DNA of 64,000 nt from Octopus vulgaris (Eukaryota), in NCBI GenBank assembly GCA_951406725.2, contig OX597814.1:110670001-110734000 (forward strand). Reading direction: 5' to 3'. Under the pieces are notes generated by a model, which saw nothing but the letters and a program-made list of their open reading frames with translations, was not told the DNA's origin and did no database searches. Below, in pieces: positions 1-11,962 of this stretch. Made by a program: the position numbers and the translations under genes. Position 1 is the first letter of the stretch. Every line of letters begins with the position of its first letter.

Positions 1-59
1 TAATCGACTTCCCCTCCCCACAGAAACTGTTGGCCTTTGCTAAAATTTAAAACCGTTAT

Positions 60-410
60 TGCGAAGAGGGCGAGCTGGCAAAATCGGTATTTCGTCCTTC
101 TTGCCTTTCATCCTTTTGGGGTCGATAAAATATGTACCAGTTGAACACTGGGGTCGATGTAATCGACTCATCCCATAATGGCCTTGTATCAAAATTTGAA
201 ACCATTAATTATTATTGCGAAGGCGGCTAGCTGGCAGAATCGTTAGCATGCTAGATAAGATACTTAGCAGCATTTCGCCTTTTACGTTCCGCCGAGGTCG
301 ACTTTACCTTTCTTCCTTTCATAAATATCAGATGAGCACTGGGGTCGATCGACTGATCCCCACCACCACCACCTTCAGAAAATTTCAGGCCTCGTGTTTT
401 TAGTAGAAAT
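60..410 (+). mobile_element. Two tandem tRNA-derived SINE copies with a Nin/Deu-like domain
   Basis: Head ggcg(a/g)ctggcagaatcgttagc, central gccttt catccttttggggtcgataaaa..gtaccag, then ctggggtcgatgtaatcgac. The family recurs throughout the window. Confidence 0.75.
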
Positions 411-419
411 TATTATTGG

Positions 420-1284
420 TACATTTTGGTTATCTCACCTCATTAAAATAATTGGGTTACCTCCCACCGTTTTATGAGAAATGCCGGTACTTTTGGTTAT
501 CTCCCTTAACTAGGAAAATTATTTAACCCTTATTAAAACAAAAAAGCGAAAATGAAAAGATGAAACATCTTATTGAATCTGATATTTTTATAACAAATCA
601 TACAAAACTAAAAAGATTAATAAACATGAAAACTGAAAAAATTAAACATCTTACTGAATCCGATAACATTTTTATAATAAATCAGACCATGCCTATTGAG
701 GAAGCCAAACGTCAAAAATGTGCTGAAGTATTAAACCTATTTCTTCACTACCCACAAAGGGCTACACACAAAGGGGACAAAGAAGGCCAGACAAAGGGAT
801 TAAGTCGATTACATCGACCCCAGTGCGTAACTGGTACTTATTTAAACGACCCCGAAAAGATGAAAAGCAAAGTCGTCCTCAGCATAATTTGAACTCAGAA
901 CGTTAAAGACAGACGAAATACCTATTTCTTTACTAACCACAAGGGGCTAAACACAGAGAGGACAAACAAGAATAGACAAACGGATTAAGTCGATTACATC
1001 GATCCCCAGTGCGTAACTGGTACTTATTTAATCGACCCCGAAAGGATGAAAGGCAAAGTCGACCTCGGCGGAATTTGAACTCAGAACGTAACGGCAGACG
1101 AAATACGGCTACGCATTTCGCCCGGCGTGCTAACGTTTCTGCCAGCTCGTCGCCTTGCAGTATTAAATCAAAAGGATTTCATCCAATCTCTTGTCGCCAC
1201 ATAAACTCATTTTTTTAGTGGGAGATAACCCAGTTTTTTAATGGCAATTTTTTAATGGGGGTGAGATAACCAAAAAGTGGCGGA
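420..1284. mobile_element. Non-autonomous DNA element with terminal inverted repeats, containing nested SINEs
   Basis: Left ttttggttatctcacctcattaaaa...gggttacctcccac is the reverse complement of right gtgggagataacccag...ttaatgggggtgagataaccaaaaag. No clean TSD. Confidence 0.5.
735..1158 (-). mobile_element. Nin/Deu-domain SINE dimer, CpG-intact copies
   Basis: Reverse complement of the ggcgagctggcagaaacgttagcacgccgggcg...gagttcaaattccgccgaggtcgactttgcctttcatcc family; two tandem units. Confidence 0.8.
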
Positions 1285-2973
1285 TTATTATTGTTTGCTC
1301 AGTTTATTTCCTTTGGGTTGGAGCTTTTTCTTTTGCTTTTCCTGTCAAAATATTTAATAAAAAGTTGCGTCCCTTTACGTTGTTTACTGTTCAAATTTTG
1401 TCGTCGCTTTTTATCTTTATGGGACTCAATAAAATAACCACTTGTGAAATACTCGCTTCTGTTTAAGCGACTTTTTCCGCCTCCAAAATTTGTCGCTTTG
1501 TGATTATGTTATAAATCTATTTAAAACCACGAAAGATTTACCCTATTATACAATTTGTTTGAAATTTCTTTTGTTGTTATGTATAATATGGAATTCTAAG
1601 AAACCTACTTCTCACGCACTCAGCAACATGACTCAGCCATTCCAACGAAGTCGGGAATTTTGATTAAAATCCTTTCTTATAATTCCCAAATTTTTCCTTC
1701 ATTTACTTTTCTAGTTGATTTGCAATTAAAACTCATCTGTTTTTCAAGAACGTTCTGTTCCAAATTAAAATATCAAACACTTCACAGAAAAACGTTGACA
1801 AACAAAAACTTTCTTGACATTCTGACTAAGTCCAAATTACCTCATTAAAGACACTAATACACTTGACTCTACCCAACTTTTATGAACTAAAAGAGGAAAA
1901 ATCTGGTTACATTTTTATTGAGTCATTTCCTTGCAGCTGTTTTATTTTGTCTCCTGTTCTTTTTTCAGGACCAAACTATAAGCATCTCTCTAAATGTTGA
2001 GCTAATATTTCATTGAGCTAATATTTCATCTGGCAAGCTGAATCTATATCAGATATTCCATTTATGTTTGTTGCCATTTTAGTTCATGTTCATTGCCAAT
2101 GGAGGTGTTGTGGTTACATTACAAAACAATATATAGAATTTTGTGTATAAAAAAAAACGCCATTAGATGGGAAAAGAATCAAAGGCTGCCTGTAGTGCAG
2201 ACATGGCTCTGTGGTTAAGAAGCTCACTTTACAGCTACATGGCCTTAAGTTCAATCCCACTGTGCCATACCTTGGGCAAATATCTTATGTGATAGCCTTG
2301 TGAGCAAATTTGTTTGACAGAAACTGTATAGAAGCCCTTTGAATGTGTGTGTCTGAATTTGTCTTTGTCTCATAGCTTGATATCTGGTGTTGGTTTGTTT
2401 ACATCTCCTTGACTTAGTGGTTCAACAAAAGAGACTGATAGAATAAATACCAGACTAAAGAGATAAGTATTGGAGCAGGAGGCAACCTGTTCAACTAAAC
2501 CCTTCAAGGCAGTGCTCCAGCATGATCACAGCCCAGTGAGTGATAGGCATATATTACAAGTCAGAATGTAGAATGTTGGGTTTGTCCCTGCCCCACGGAT
2601 TGTAAAAATTGAAGGGTGCTCATGGGGCTTGAACTCATCTTCTGTAACCATGACAGATGTTCTACCATTATACCAAAGTAATCCTTTAGATTTTCTCCAT
2701 CTGTTTTAGAAGCTTTGTTCCTTACCAGCAAGAATTGAGAAACTTTGAGAGATTGTGCAATAATTCATTTTTCACCATGAAACTTGAAGAAGCTTTATCT
2801 GATTTGAGTTCCACCATTAGAATAGATATATTTCATGTCTTGGAGTTTTTTTTTAATTCTTATGCCATAAACAACAAATCAATATATTTTAGTTTTGATT
2901 TGAAAATGTATTTCAAAAATCTGAAAATGTATATTTATTTTTTAACATTTTTTTCATTAATTTTCTTTTCAAG

Positions 2974-3038
2974 GATCTGAAACTCATTTCAAAGTTATGG
3001 TTGTGTCACATGACTTTAATGGTATTGGTCTGGTTCAG
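2974..3038 (+). CDS. BOLA1: BolA-like protein 1, internal coding exon (G)SETHFKVMVVSHDFNGIGLVQ
   Basis: Pyrimidine tract ttttcttttcaag acceptor (AG 2972-2973) and CAG|gtcagt donor. 65 nt, phase 1 to 0. Translation matches the BolA motif GSETHF(K/R)VxVVSxxFxG. Confidence 0.93.
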
Positions 3039-3067
3039 GTCAGTCTAAATCCCTCTATTTTTTGTAT

Positions 3068-3098
<31 letters not shown>

Positions 3099-3299
3099 CA
3101 GGAGTGCTTGTGTATAAGACTATGTGAATGTGTGATGTGTATGTTGGTGTGGTTGAGAAGCTTGTTTTCCAAACGTATGGTCTTGGGTTCAGTCTCACTG
3201 TACAACACCTCAGGCAAATGTTATCTCCTATAGCCAGGGTCAATCAAAGCCTTGCATGTGTATTTGGTTGAAGGAAGCTAAAGGAAGGTCATTGTGTGT

Positions 3300-3386
<87 letters not shown>

Positions 3387-3579
3387 TATATGCATAATTT
3401 AATTGTATCAAGGACCTATAATCCTTTAAGGGATGCTAGCATCCTATCCTCCAGTTTATACCAGTGTTCAGTAAAAACTAAATAAATTAGTTTTGCATTG
3501 ATATATAAAGGTATGTAAAACATTTATGAATGAGAAATAGAAGATAATGGAGAAATATTACATACAGATATTGGCACCT

Positions 3580-3829
3580 TGTTTACAATCCTGTAAATAA
3601 TAATAATGGTATTTTTATACAAGCTTAAAGCAATGACTAAGGAAAATAGTCTAATAATGGGGCATATAAGCCCTCGACAGAAAAAAGAATCTGTGAAAGC
3701 CTTCCTTTTTCTGTCGAGGGCTTATACGCCCTGTTATTAGACTATTTTCCTTCGTCATTGCACTGTGATCACCATAAGCTTTAAGCTTATATAAAAATAC
3801 CATTATTATTATTTACACAATTGTAAACA
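3580..3829. repeat. Long palindrome (foldback/MITE-like) in a BolA1 intron
   Basis: Left arm tgtttacaat..aataataatggtatttttatacaagcttaaag..ccctcgacagaaaaaag is mirrored by cttttttctgtcgaggg..ctttaagcttatataaaaataccattattatt..attgtaaaca. Confidence 0.9.
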
Positions 3830-4002
3830 TCTACCAAATCCACTCACAAGGCTTTGGCCAGCCTGAGACTATAACAGAAGACACTTGCCCAAGGTGCCAC
3901 ACAGTCGGGAAGTATGTACTTAACCACACAGCCATGCCTGTAACTAGTAACACTCTACCTTTACTGTTAATTGCTCATTGATATTGTTTATTCTGTTTGT
4001 AG

Positions 4003-4071
4003 AGACATCGGAAAATTAACCAGTGTTTGTCAGAAGAACTGGAAGGTGGAGTCCATGCCCTCTCTATAACT
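4003..4071 (+). CDS. BOLA1: BolA-like protein 1, internal coding exon RHRKINQCLSEELEGGVHALSIT
   Basis: ttctgtttgtag acceptor and ACT|gtaagc donor. 69 nt, phase 0-0, in frame with the previous exon. Contains the BolA hallmark motifs RHR and HAL. Confidence 0.95.
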
Positions 4072-5557
4072 GTAAGCAGACTGTTTCATAATTTTTTGTT
4101 GGCAACCTAGAAAAATGTCTCTTGTTTAGTTGCATACAGTATCAAGTATGTCAACAAGTGAAATTTCTGATCAGAATTTCCAACATCTAAGTAATGTAAA
4201 GTAGGTGAGACTGCAATTTATCAACCACGAAGGTGGTTAGCAGAATGAAGTCGTAAGTTAAAGAATAGTTAAAAGGCATTTCTGTTTTAGGGATGTCATT
4301 AAACAGTCTTGCTCATAAAGGCTGGTACTGGCAAAACAGGCTTGTAGATCAGCAGAGAGCAGGTGCTAAGTAGGATATTTTACATTATCAAAATATATTT
4401 GAAGATAGTTTCTAAAAGAAAACATATTCTATGTCATGTTGTTTAATACTCTAAAGGAGTGACATGATTAATAAATTCCAGTGTTACTTATTCATTTACT
4501 TAATTCCACTTGATTAAAGTGCTCTGAATAATGCAGATCTAATAGTATATTAGCTTTAATTAAGGGAGATCCAGCCAATTATATTTCACAGAAAATAACT
4601 TAAGGAAAACTGCAGAGAACAGTGCAAGTTTCTGTGAAATTTCAGGGGAGAGGGAAAAGCAGGAGAAGAAGGAAAAGAAAAAAAGTTTACACAGAGAGAC
4701 AGCTATAACCACAGTGTCAGCAATCTTAACTTATGAATATTTAAATAAAAACAGAATAGGATAAATCTAATAGAGAAAGAAATCAACACATTGACGGGAA
4801 AATAGCATTGGCATAGAAAAATAAATGTGTATACTAGACTAATGAAGGTAGTTTAGGCAATCAGTGTCAGCATAAAGATATAAATTTATGTAAGTTAAAT
4901 ATCAAAATTTAGAGAGATTAATCATATAACTGTTATGAAGATATGCATTGAAAGGCTAGAATTAATAGAGAAGGAAAACAGAACTGGTATTGCCAATAAA
5001 AAAAAACAGGAAAACCATGAATTCCAACCTTTCTATTAATGAGTATTGTAACATTATTATTGAGAATAAAGCAGATCAATTCAAATCAATAGGTTAACCA
5101 GACAGGTCAGATCGCTTCTATAATAATTTGAAATTAAGGGGAGTGTTAAGAAAATGTTAAAAGAACTTAAAAGAATTACATAAAAAATATTACAAATGTC
5201 ATAAAAAGTTAGAATTGTTAAAACAATTTGTAAGATCATAACGAATTATATAGAATTATAATGACTATATCTAGGGAGGATGAAACAAAAAGTTAGAAGC
5301 AAACTGAATAAAGTTATTAAATTATGAATTATATAGAATTACAATCATAAGTATATGTTGTTAGAACTAAGAGTACACAAAAATGTAACTTAAATATAAT
5401 CAGTTATTAAGTATTAGCAGTATTAAGATATGCTAGGCTGTGCAAATATAATCCATGAATCTTTTTATTAGTAATTAAAGTATATTGTAAAGTTATAGAT
5501 ATGTATCTAGCACTTGGGGAAGATTTTGTAGAAACAATTCAAAGTATAAGAAAGTTA

Positions 5558-5850
5558 GAGTAAAGATTGTTTGCCAACATAACATGGCAGTCCTGGTTTA
5601 GGATGAATGTTGCTGTAATTTAACCCCAGGAGACATCGTCTCCAGCTGGTTATACAACATGATCTGTGTCCTTATATTTTCGAACAAGGGAACCTAGAAC
5701 CCCCACTCAGTTAGATTCCCTTGTTCAAAAATATAAGGACACAGATCGTGTCATATAGCCAGCTGGAGACGATGTCTCCTGGGGCTAATTTACAGCAACA
5801 TTTGTCTTGAACCAGGACTGCCATGTTATGTTGGCAAAAAATCTTTACTC
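5558..5850. repeat. Long palindrome (MITE/foldback) with GAG...CTC termini, in a BolA1 intron
   Basis: gagtaaagattgtttgccaacataacatggcagtcctgg...gaacaagggaa is mirrored by ttcccttgttc...ccaggactgccatgttatgttggcaaaaaatctttactc, with a short central loop. Confidence 0.92.
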
Positions 5851-7129
5851 CAAAGTACTGTTGCTGAATATCTCTCGTTGTGAGATTTACAAATAGTAAT
5901 TTTCAATATAAGAAAGTTTTACAGATAGAATATAGGCATTTGATCCTTAATTCATCTGATGTATTAATAACAATGTTTTAAGGTTTCCAATAATTCCAAA
6001 TAGCAGAAACTGAAACCATACAATAGGCTTCTTTCAGTTTCCATTGATCAAATCTACTTAGAAAGGGCATCCTGGTGTTAGGAAGGGCATCCAGCTGTAG
6101 AAACACTGTCAGATCAGATTGGAGCCTGGTGCAGCCATCTGGTTCACCAGACCTCAGTCAAATCGTCCAACCCATGCTAGCATGGAAAGCGGATGTTAAA
6201 CGATGATGATGTTGATGACTCACAAGGCTTTGAGTGTGAGGGTGCTATGCAGTGGGACTGAACTAGGAACCATGTTGTTGGAAGGAACTTCTTACCGCAA
6301 AGCCATTCTAGCATCTATAGCTACATCTACATTCCTTCACAATAAGCTTTCATACAGTTTTCCTCAATCTATTGTATTCACAAGGCTTTGGTCAGCCTAT
6401 GACCATAGGAAAAAGACATTTGTCAATGGTTCCACACGTGCGGTGTTCATATTTCAGTATCCTGTAATATTACACTTCATTCACAAACATCATACACTCC
6501 ACCTTCAAAGTGAGAGACTCTTTCCTGCCAGCAGAGTTAATAGCTCTGGCCTCTGTGATTTAAGGACAGTTAAAATGTAATTGAGGTTGTATAAGTAACA
6601 AGAGATGTCAACCAGTTCTGTGGAATCCTACCAGGCATTTAAAGAATGCTTTCCATGGGTGCTATTATTGGTAAATACTCTTGTACATCTACTACATACA
6701 AATTTTTTTTCTCTCAAACTGCCTGTGATCCCACCATACATATGTATATATCTATGTGTGTGTGTAGATATATATATATATATATATATACATATATATT
6801 AATTAATCAATTTAGGGTAGTAAAAAATTCGATAGGGTAGTAAAAAATTCGCCATTACTTGGCGGTTGGAGTTATGGCTGCTCTGTCTAGTGGACGAATG
6901 GCCTGTTAAGGCCATTCCTAAATTGTTATATACATATATATATACTTTAAATTTGATTCCTGGTAAACTCATGTTTATCTTTGTCATTACCTGTAACCTA
7001 TGAACATAGTATGCTTACATATGTATGTCCAGGGTTAACATAGGTTATTATACCAGTAGCAAAACTGATACTTTTATCCCTTGGACAGTTATTCCAACCT
7101 CTAAACTGTACTAACCTATATATGTGTCG

Positions 7130-7467
7130 CATTACTGGCACTTGTGCAGGTGGCACGCAAAAAAACATTCAAGCGAGGTCGTTTCCAGTGCTGCTGGACT
7201 GGCTCCTGTGCAGGTGGCACATAAGAAGCACCATTTGAGCGTGGCCGTTGCCAGTACCGCCTGACTGGCACTCATGCTGGTGGCACATAAAAGCACCCAC
7301 TACGCTCTCGGAATGGTTGCTATTAGGAAGGGCATCCAGCTGTAGAAACATTGCCAGATCAGATTGGAACCTGGTGCAGCCATCTGGTTCGCCAGACCGC
7401 AGTCAAATCGTCCAACCCATGCTAGCATGGAAAACAGATGTTAAACGATGATGATGATGATGATGAT
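7130..7467 (+). mobile_element. 5'-truncated 3' end of the (GAT)n-tailed RTE-associated retroelement family
   Basis: Internal gtggcac(g/a)taaaaagcacc repeat units, then ttaggaagggcatccagctgtagaaac...ccaacccatgctagcatggaaa...gttaaac(gat)n. Confidence 0.8.
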
Positions 7468-7892
7468 ATAATCATCATTTAACATCCATATTACTTGCTG
7501 ACATAGGTTGGACAGCTTGTCAGGATCTGATAGGTCCAAGAACTGCAGCTGGTTCCAGTCATCTGTTTTGGCCTGATTTCTACAGCTGGATGCCCTTCCT
7601 AATGCCAACCACTTTACATCATGTACTGGGAGCCTTTTTTCATACTACCAGCATTGTTGAGGTGGCCATGCAGCTCACAATACTATGAACCCTGAAGAAA
7701 CTGTAGGTCAGTTTTATGCTTGCAGGTGAGGGGTTAAAATATGAGAGAAGGGTGTGGGATAGAGTAGGCTGTTGTAGAGGAGCTGTATGGGTAATATGTT
7801 CGTGTGTGTGTGTGTTCCATTTCTCTGTTATTATGTATTCTGTTGAAATACACTTCTTTCTCTTTTTTTTTTAAATATATTTTTGATCCTAG

Positions 7893-7976
7893 GCTCATAC
7901 TTCTGAAGAATGGATTAAGAAGAATGGTACTTTTAACAAATCTCCACCTTGCATGGGTGGTGATGCAAGCAGGTAA
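7893..7976 (+). CDS. BOLA1: BolA-like protein 1, last coding exon AHTSEEWIKKNGTFNKSPPCMGGDASR*
   Basis: ttttgatcctag acceptor, phase 0. AxTxxxW followed by SPPC(L/M)GG is the C-terminus typical of the BolA1 subfamily. TAA stop at 7974-7976, followed by TGA. Confidence 0.93.
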   Translation, partial: AHTSEEWIKKNGTFNKSPPCMGGDASR

Positions 7977-8424
7977 TGATTTCTTCCTTAATACCGAACC
8001 TCAACAAATGTTAAGACTTTATGTAAATGTTGACCTACATCATATTGTTGGTATGTAGAAAATATGTTTGTTGGAAATGTCATCTATTTTAGCAACAAAC
8101 AGACTTAATTTCTTCAAAGTAAACTAAATTCCATGAATCCCCCTAAATGATTCATTCTATAAAACAGTTTCACATCATCTCCATGCTGCAAAACCTCATT
8201 TCATTGTTAAGGTACCTCCCCACTCCTGCTCCAGCTGGTGTTATCCTTTTTCTTTTTCTTGTTTTAGTCACTAGACTACAGCCATGCTGGAGCACTACCT
8301 TGAGGAATTTTAGTCGAACAAATCAATCCCAGTACATATTCTTTATTCAAGTCTGGTACTTAACCAACACATTAAACAAACTATTGACTTTTTAGTTGGT
8401 CAAATATTTAACCAATTGACTAAA

Positions 8425-8430
8425 AATAAA
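8425..8430 (+). promoter_or_regulatory. Candidate polyadenylation signal of the BolA1 gene
   Basis: AATAAA about 450 nt after the stop codon, with T-rich sequence downstream. Other AATAAA hexamers occur nearby. Confidence 0.3.
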
Positions 8431-8921
8431 GAACTGATGTTGAACCAGTGCATGTATTTATTATTATTGGTTTAATGACCCTCCCAAAACAACAACATTT
8501 ATTTCAACATATGAATTCATACCAAGAATCTTGCCAACCAAGTACAAAAAGGAAGAAAGACCAAACGACCATTTCTTGTTCTTGTTGTATCGAGATCATC
8601 TTGGGATGATACAGTACTGGTAATATATAACTGAGGAAATCCTGTCTGCAGGAGTGAGATTTTTAAATAAAATATTGAAATATTGATGTTCTGAGTTTTC
8701 TTTTTCTTTTAATCTGTGTTATTAGTTGTATCATTATCATTGTTTTAAGGTCCTTTTTTCCCGTGCTAGCAAAGGTCAGACAGAATATGTTGAAGCAGAT
8801 TTTCTACAGCCAAATACCCTTCCTGTCGCCAACCTTCACCAGAATCCAAGCAAAGTAATATTTCCACAGAACCTGACATGTTTTTCACAGAAAACTGGAA
8901 ACAATGTCACTTGTGTGACAG

Positions 8922-9220
8922 TTATTTTATAAATAAATTTTCAAAATTATTTTATAAATAAAGTTTTTAAATTATTTTATAAATAAATTTTTTAAATTAT
9001 TTTATAAATAAATTTTTTTAATTATTTTATAAATAAATTTTTAAAATTATTTTCTAAGTAATTTTAAAAAATTATTTTATAAATGAATTTTTAAAATTAT
9101 TTTATAAATAAAGTTTTAAAAATTATTTTATAAAAAAATTTTCAGAATTATTTTATAAATAAATTTTTAAAATTATTTTATAAATAAATTTTTAAAATTA
9201 TTTTATGAAATAAAGTTTTA
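8922..9220. repeat. 25-bp AT-rich minisatellite, about 12 copies
   Basis: Unit TTATTTTATAAATAAATTTTTAAAA recurs at 8922, 8947, 8972 and onward with few substitutions. Confidence 0.92.
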
Positions 9221-9854
9221 TGGGCTCATGGAGGCAATGACACGGGATTGAGACCTTTGGCAAAACGCTGTGCTTGAGAAGACCCATCAAGCCAAATGAG
9301 ACCATAGTCATGGTTGATGTTGGTGTCTCATAACGCACCCGTGCTGGTGGCACGTAAGAAGTATCCTTCGAATGTTGGGCCTCACGGAGGTGTTAAGTGA
9401 CCGAGACCTTTGACAGTATGCCATGCTTGAGAAGACTCACATTTGTGGCCAATGCCAGCATCATGTAACTGGCACCCATGCTGGTGGCACGTAAGAAGCA
9501 CCTGTTACACTCTTGCCGTGGTTGGTGTTAAGAAGGGCATCCAGCTGTAGAAACATTGCCAGATTGGATTGGAACCTGGTACAACGCTCAAAAGGAACTC
9601 GGCCACTTTCCCTCTGTATTCTTTTATTTGTTTCAGTCATCTGACTGTGGCCATGCTGGAGCACCATCTTGAAGGGTTTTTTAGTCAAACGCAAACATGT
9701 CAACACTGGTTGTCAAGCGGTGATGGGGTGGGGGGACAGACACACACTCATGCATATATATGATGGGCTTCTTTCAGTTTCCATCTATGAAATCCACTCA
9801 CAAGGCTTTGGTCAGCTAGAGGCTATAGTGGAAGATTTATATTATATACATATA

Positions 9855-10671
9855 CAGGCATACCTCACCCTACATCATTAATTTGGTCAAATTAACTTGT
9901 CTCTAGGCTTGGCTGAATTTACTTATCTCTAGGCTAAACCGATAATAACCATTCCCAGTTCTGTACTTTATTTATGAATGCATTGTCAATAATACATGGT
10001 TAATAAAAACCATGTGTGCTAAAATCTTGTCCTTTTCATGTACAATCATTGATACAGTTGTCCGATTCATCCCCCAAAATCATGCAATTGCTACCACTTT
10101 TCCTCCTTTTTCGTGGTGTTTTATCACAACCATTTTATCTTCCAGTGTTATAGCATGACGCTTAGTACTTTCATTATGAATTTTCTTAGGATCCATGGTG
10201 GTAAAAAATAAAGTCACAAATAAATGAGAAAGGGAAAGTAGCCATTAAACAGACATAAACAAGTCTGAATTGAAAACAATTGTGGGAATCACAAGTGACC
10301 ACGATGCCTAATGGTAAATATTGGAACTACAGTGCAATATGAGCTTTGAAAGACCTATAAATAAGACAATACAGCCGATTTCATGATTTTGTTCACTAAG
10401 CTACACTACTTTATGGTGTGTATCTTAACATTTACTGCATGTATTTTAACATGATTTTATATGCTTTTATTCTTATTTATTGTACAGTAACATGATTTTA
10501 TGTGCTTTCAATAGTTTTCTAGTGATTTTATGATTCCAATATATGTAGCGGACAGACGTAAAGTCGAGTAAAATGACTTAATTTGATTTTCATTTTTCCA
10601 TATATTATTTTTGAAAACTGACATGTAATTAAGAATAACTTAAATCGAAATGACGTAAGTCGAGGTAAGCC

Positions 10672-10673
<2 letters not shown>
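9855..10673 (-). mobile_element. Tigger/pogo-family DNA transposon, internally deleted
   Basis: TA|CAGGCATACCTC...GAGGTAAGCCTG|TA gives TIRs with a TA TSD. Minus strand from 10196 encodes MDPKKIHNESTKRHAITLEDKMVVIKHHEKGGKVVAIA*FWGMNRTTVSMIVHEKDKIL, a CENP-B/psq-type HTH of Tigger transposases with one stop. Confidence 0.88.
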
Positions 10674-10733
<60 letters not shown>

Positions 10734-10844
10734 GGGCTTAGTAAAATAAATTACTTTGCCACAATTCGCCTTAAATGGTCCCTTTACATACTGAATACTT
10801 GGTGAAATTGATTAATAATTAATTAATTTTACCCTCAATTGTTG

Positions 10845-10888
<44 letters not shown>

Positions 10889-11347
10889 ATGCACAATTCT
10901 TCTCCTCAATGTTGATGCTGACTCTGTATCATACATGCTAAAGGCTCCTTAAAACTTCCTAGCAAACAGTTAAAAACATCTGATGTACCTCCTCTTCTTT
11001 GACATGTACATGGGTACTACAAGGCTGCATTCTGAGCCCATCATTTTAGTCACTCTATAAATATATCATTTAGAATTATGAACCAATAAGGGAAACTTCT
11101 ATGATTGATCTGATGAAGGTAGCAGTCAGCTTGGCGTCAGATAGCATTGTACCAGCTTCAAAAATATTGGGTTATCCAGCTGTAGAAACCATACCAAAGC
11201 AGACATTGGAGAGTGGCATACTTCTCTGGTTCATCTATTCCTGTCAAATTGTCCAACCCATGCCAGCATGGAAAAAGGGCGTTAAACAATGGTGAGGATG
11301 ATGATGAAGATAAATGGATAATGCAGTCATGAGTTTATATAAAATAG

Positions 11348-11962
11348 ATGCTGTGCTTGAGAAGACCCGGCAAGCCAAGTGAGACCATAACCTGTGGCCT
11401 ATGCCAGGGGTGTAACCAGCCCACTTATGCGTACCTTTCCTTCATTGGACACTAAACTCTGCTTGCAAAGACCTGTTGAGGCAAGTGAAATCGAAATCAA
11501 ATTCGTTGACTGGCATCCGTGCTAGTGGAGCGCTAAGAGCACCATCCGAGCGTGATCGTTGCCAGAGCAGCTGACTGGCTTCCATGCCGATGGCACATAA
11601 AAAGCACAATTCAAGCGTGATCGTTACCAGCATCGCCTTACTGGCACTTGTGCCAGTGGCACATGAAAAAACATTTGAGCGAGGCCGTTGCCAGTGCTGC
11701 TGGATTGGCTTCTGTGCAGGTGGCACATAAAAAACACCATCTGAGTGTGGCCATTGCCAGTACTGCCTGACTGGCACATAAAAGCACTCACTACACTCTT
11801 GGAGTGGTTGGCATTAGGAAGGCCATCCAGCTGTAGAAACTCTGCCAGATCAGATTGGAGCCTGGTGCAGCCATCTGGTTCGCCAGTACTCAGTCAAATC
11901 GTCCAACCCATGCTAGCATGGAGAGCAGACGTTAAACGATGATGATGATGATGATGATGATG
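11348..11962 (+). mobile_element. Longer 3' fragment of the (GAT)n-tailed RTE family with internal tandem units
   Basis: Starts at gctgtgcttgagaagacc (end of the RTE ORF, AVLEKT), carries several roughly 60-bp units, and ends in (GAT)n. Confidence 0.8.

Noticed and set aside
2735-2980. ORF containing KLEEALS, resembling the N-terminal helix of vertebrate BOLA1
   Set aside because: Out of frame with the real exon at 2974, no usable splice donor, and no NES..H motif; it runs through the intron's pyrimidine tract. Probably chance.
4300-5550. Long A-rich intronic stretch, possibly a decayed element
   Set aside because: No ORF, termini or recognisable motif could be read.
10990-11065. VLQGCILSPSF*SLY, like the RT QG motif, with FSDDT near 12070
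   Set aside because: Too short and decayed to call confidently as a LINE fragment.
11500-11800. Regularly spaced repeats resembling a CRISPR array
   Set aside because: Eukaryotic context, the 'spacers' are homologous to each other, there are no cas genes, and the units are internal to an RTE 3'UTR.
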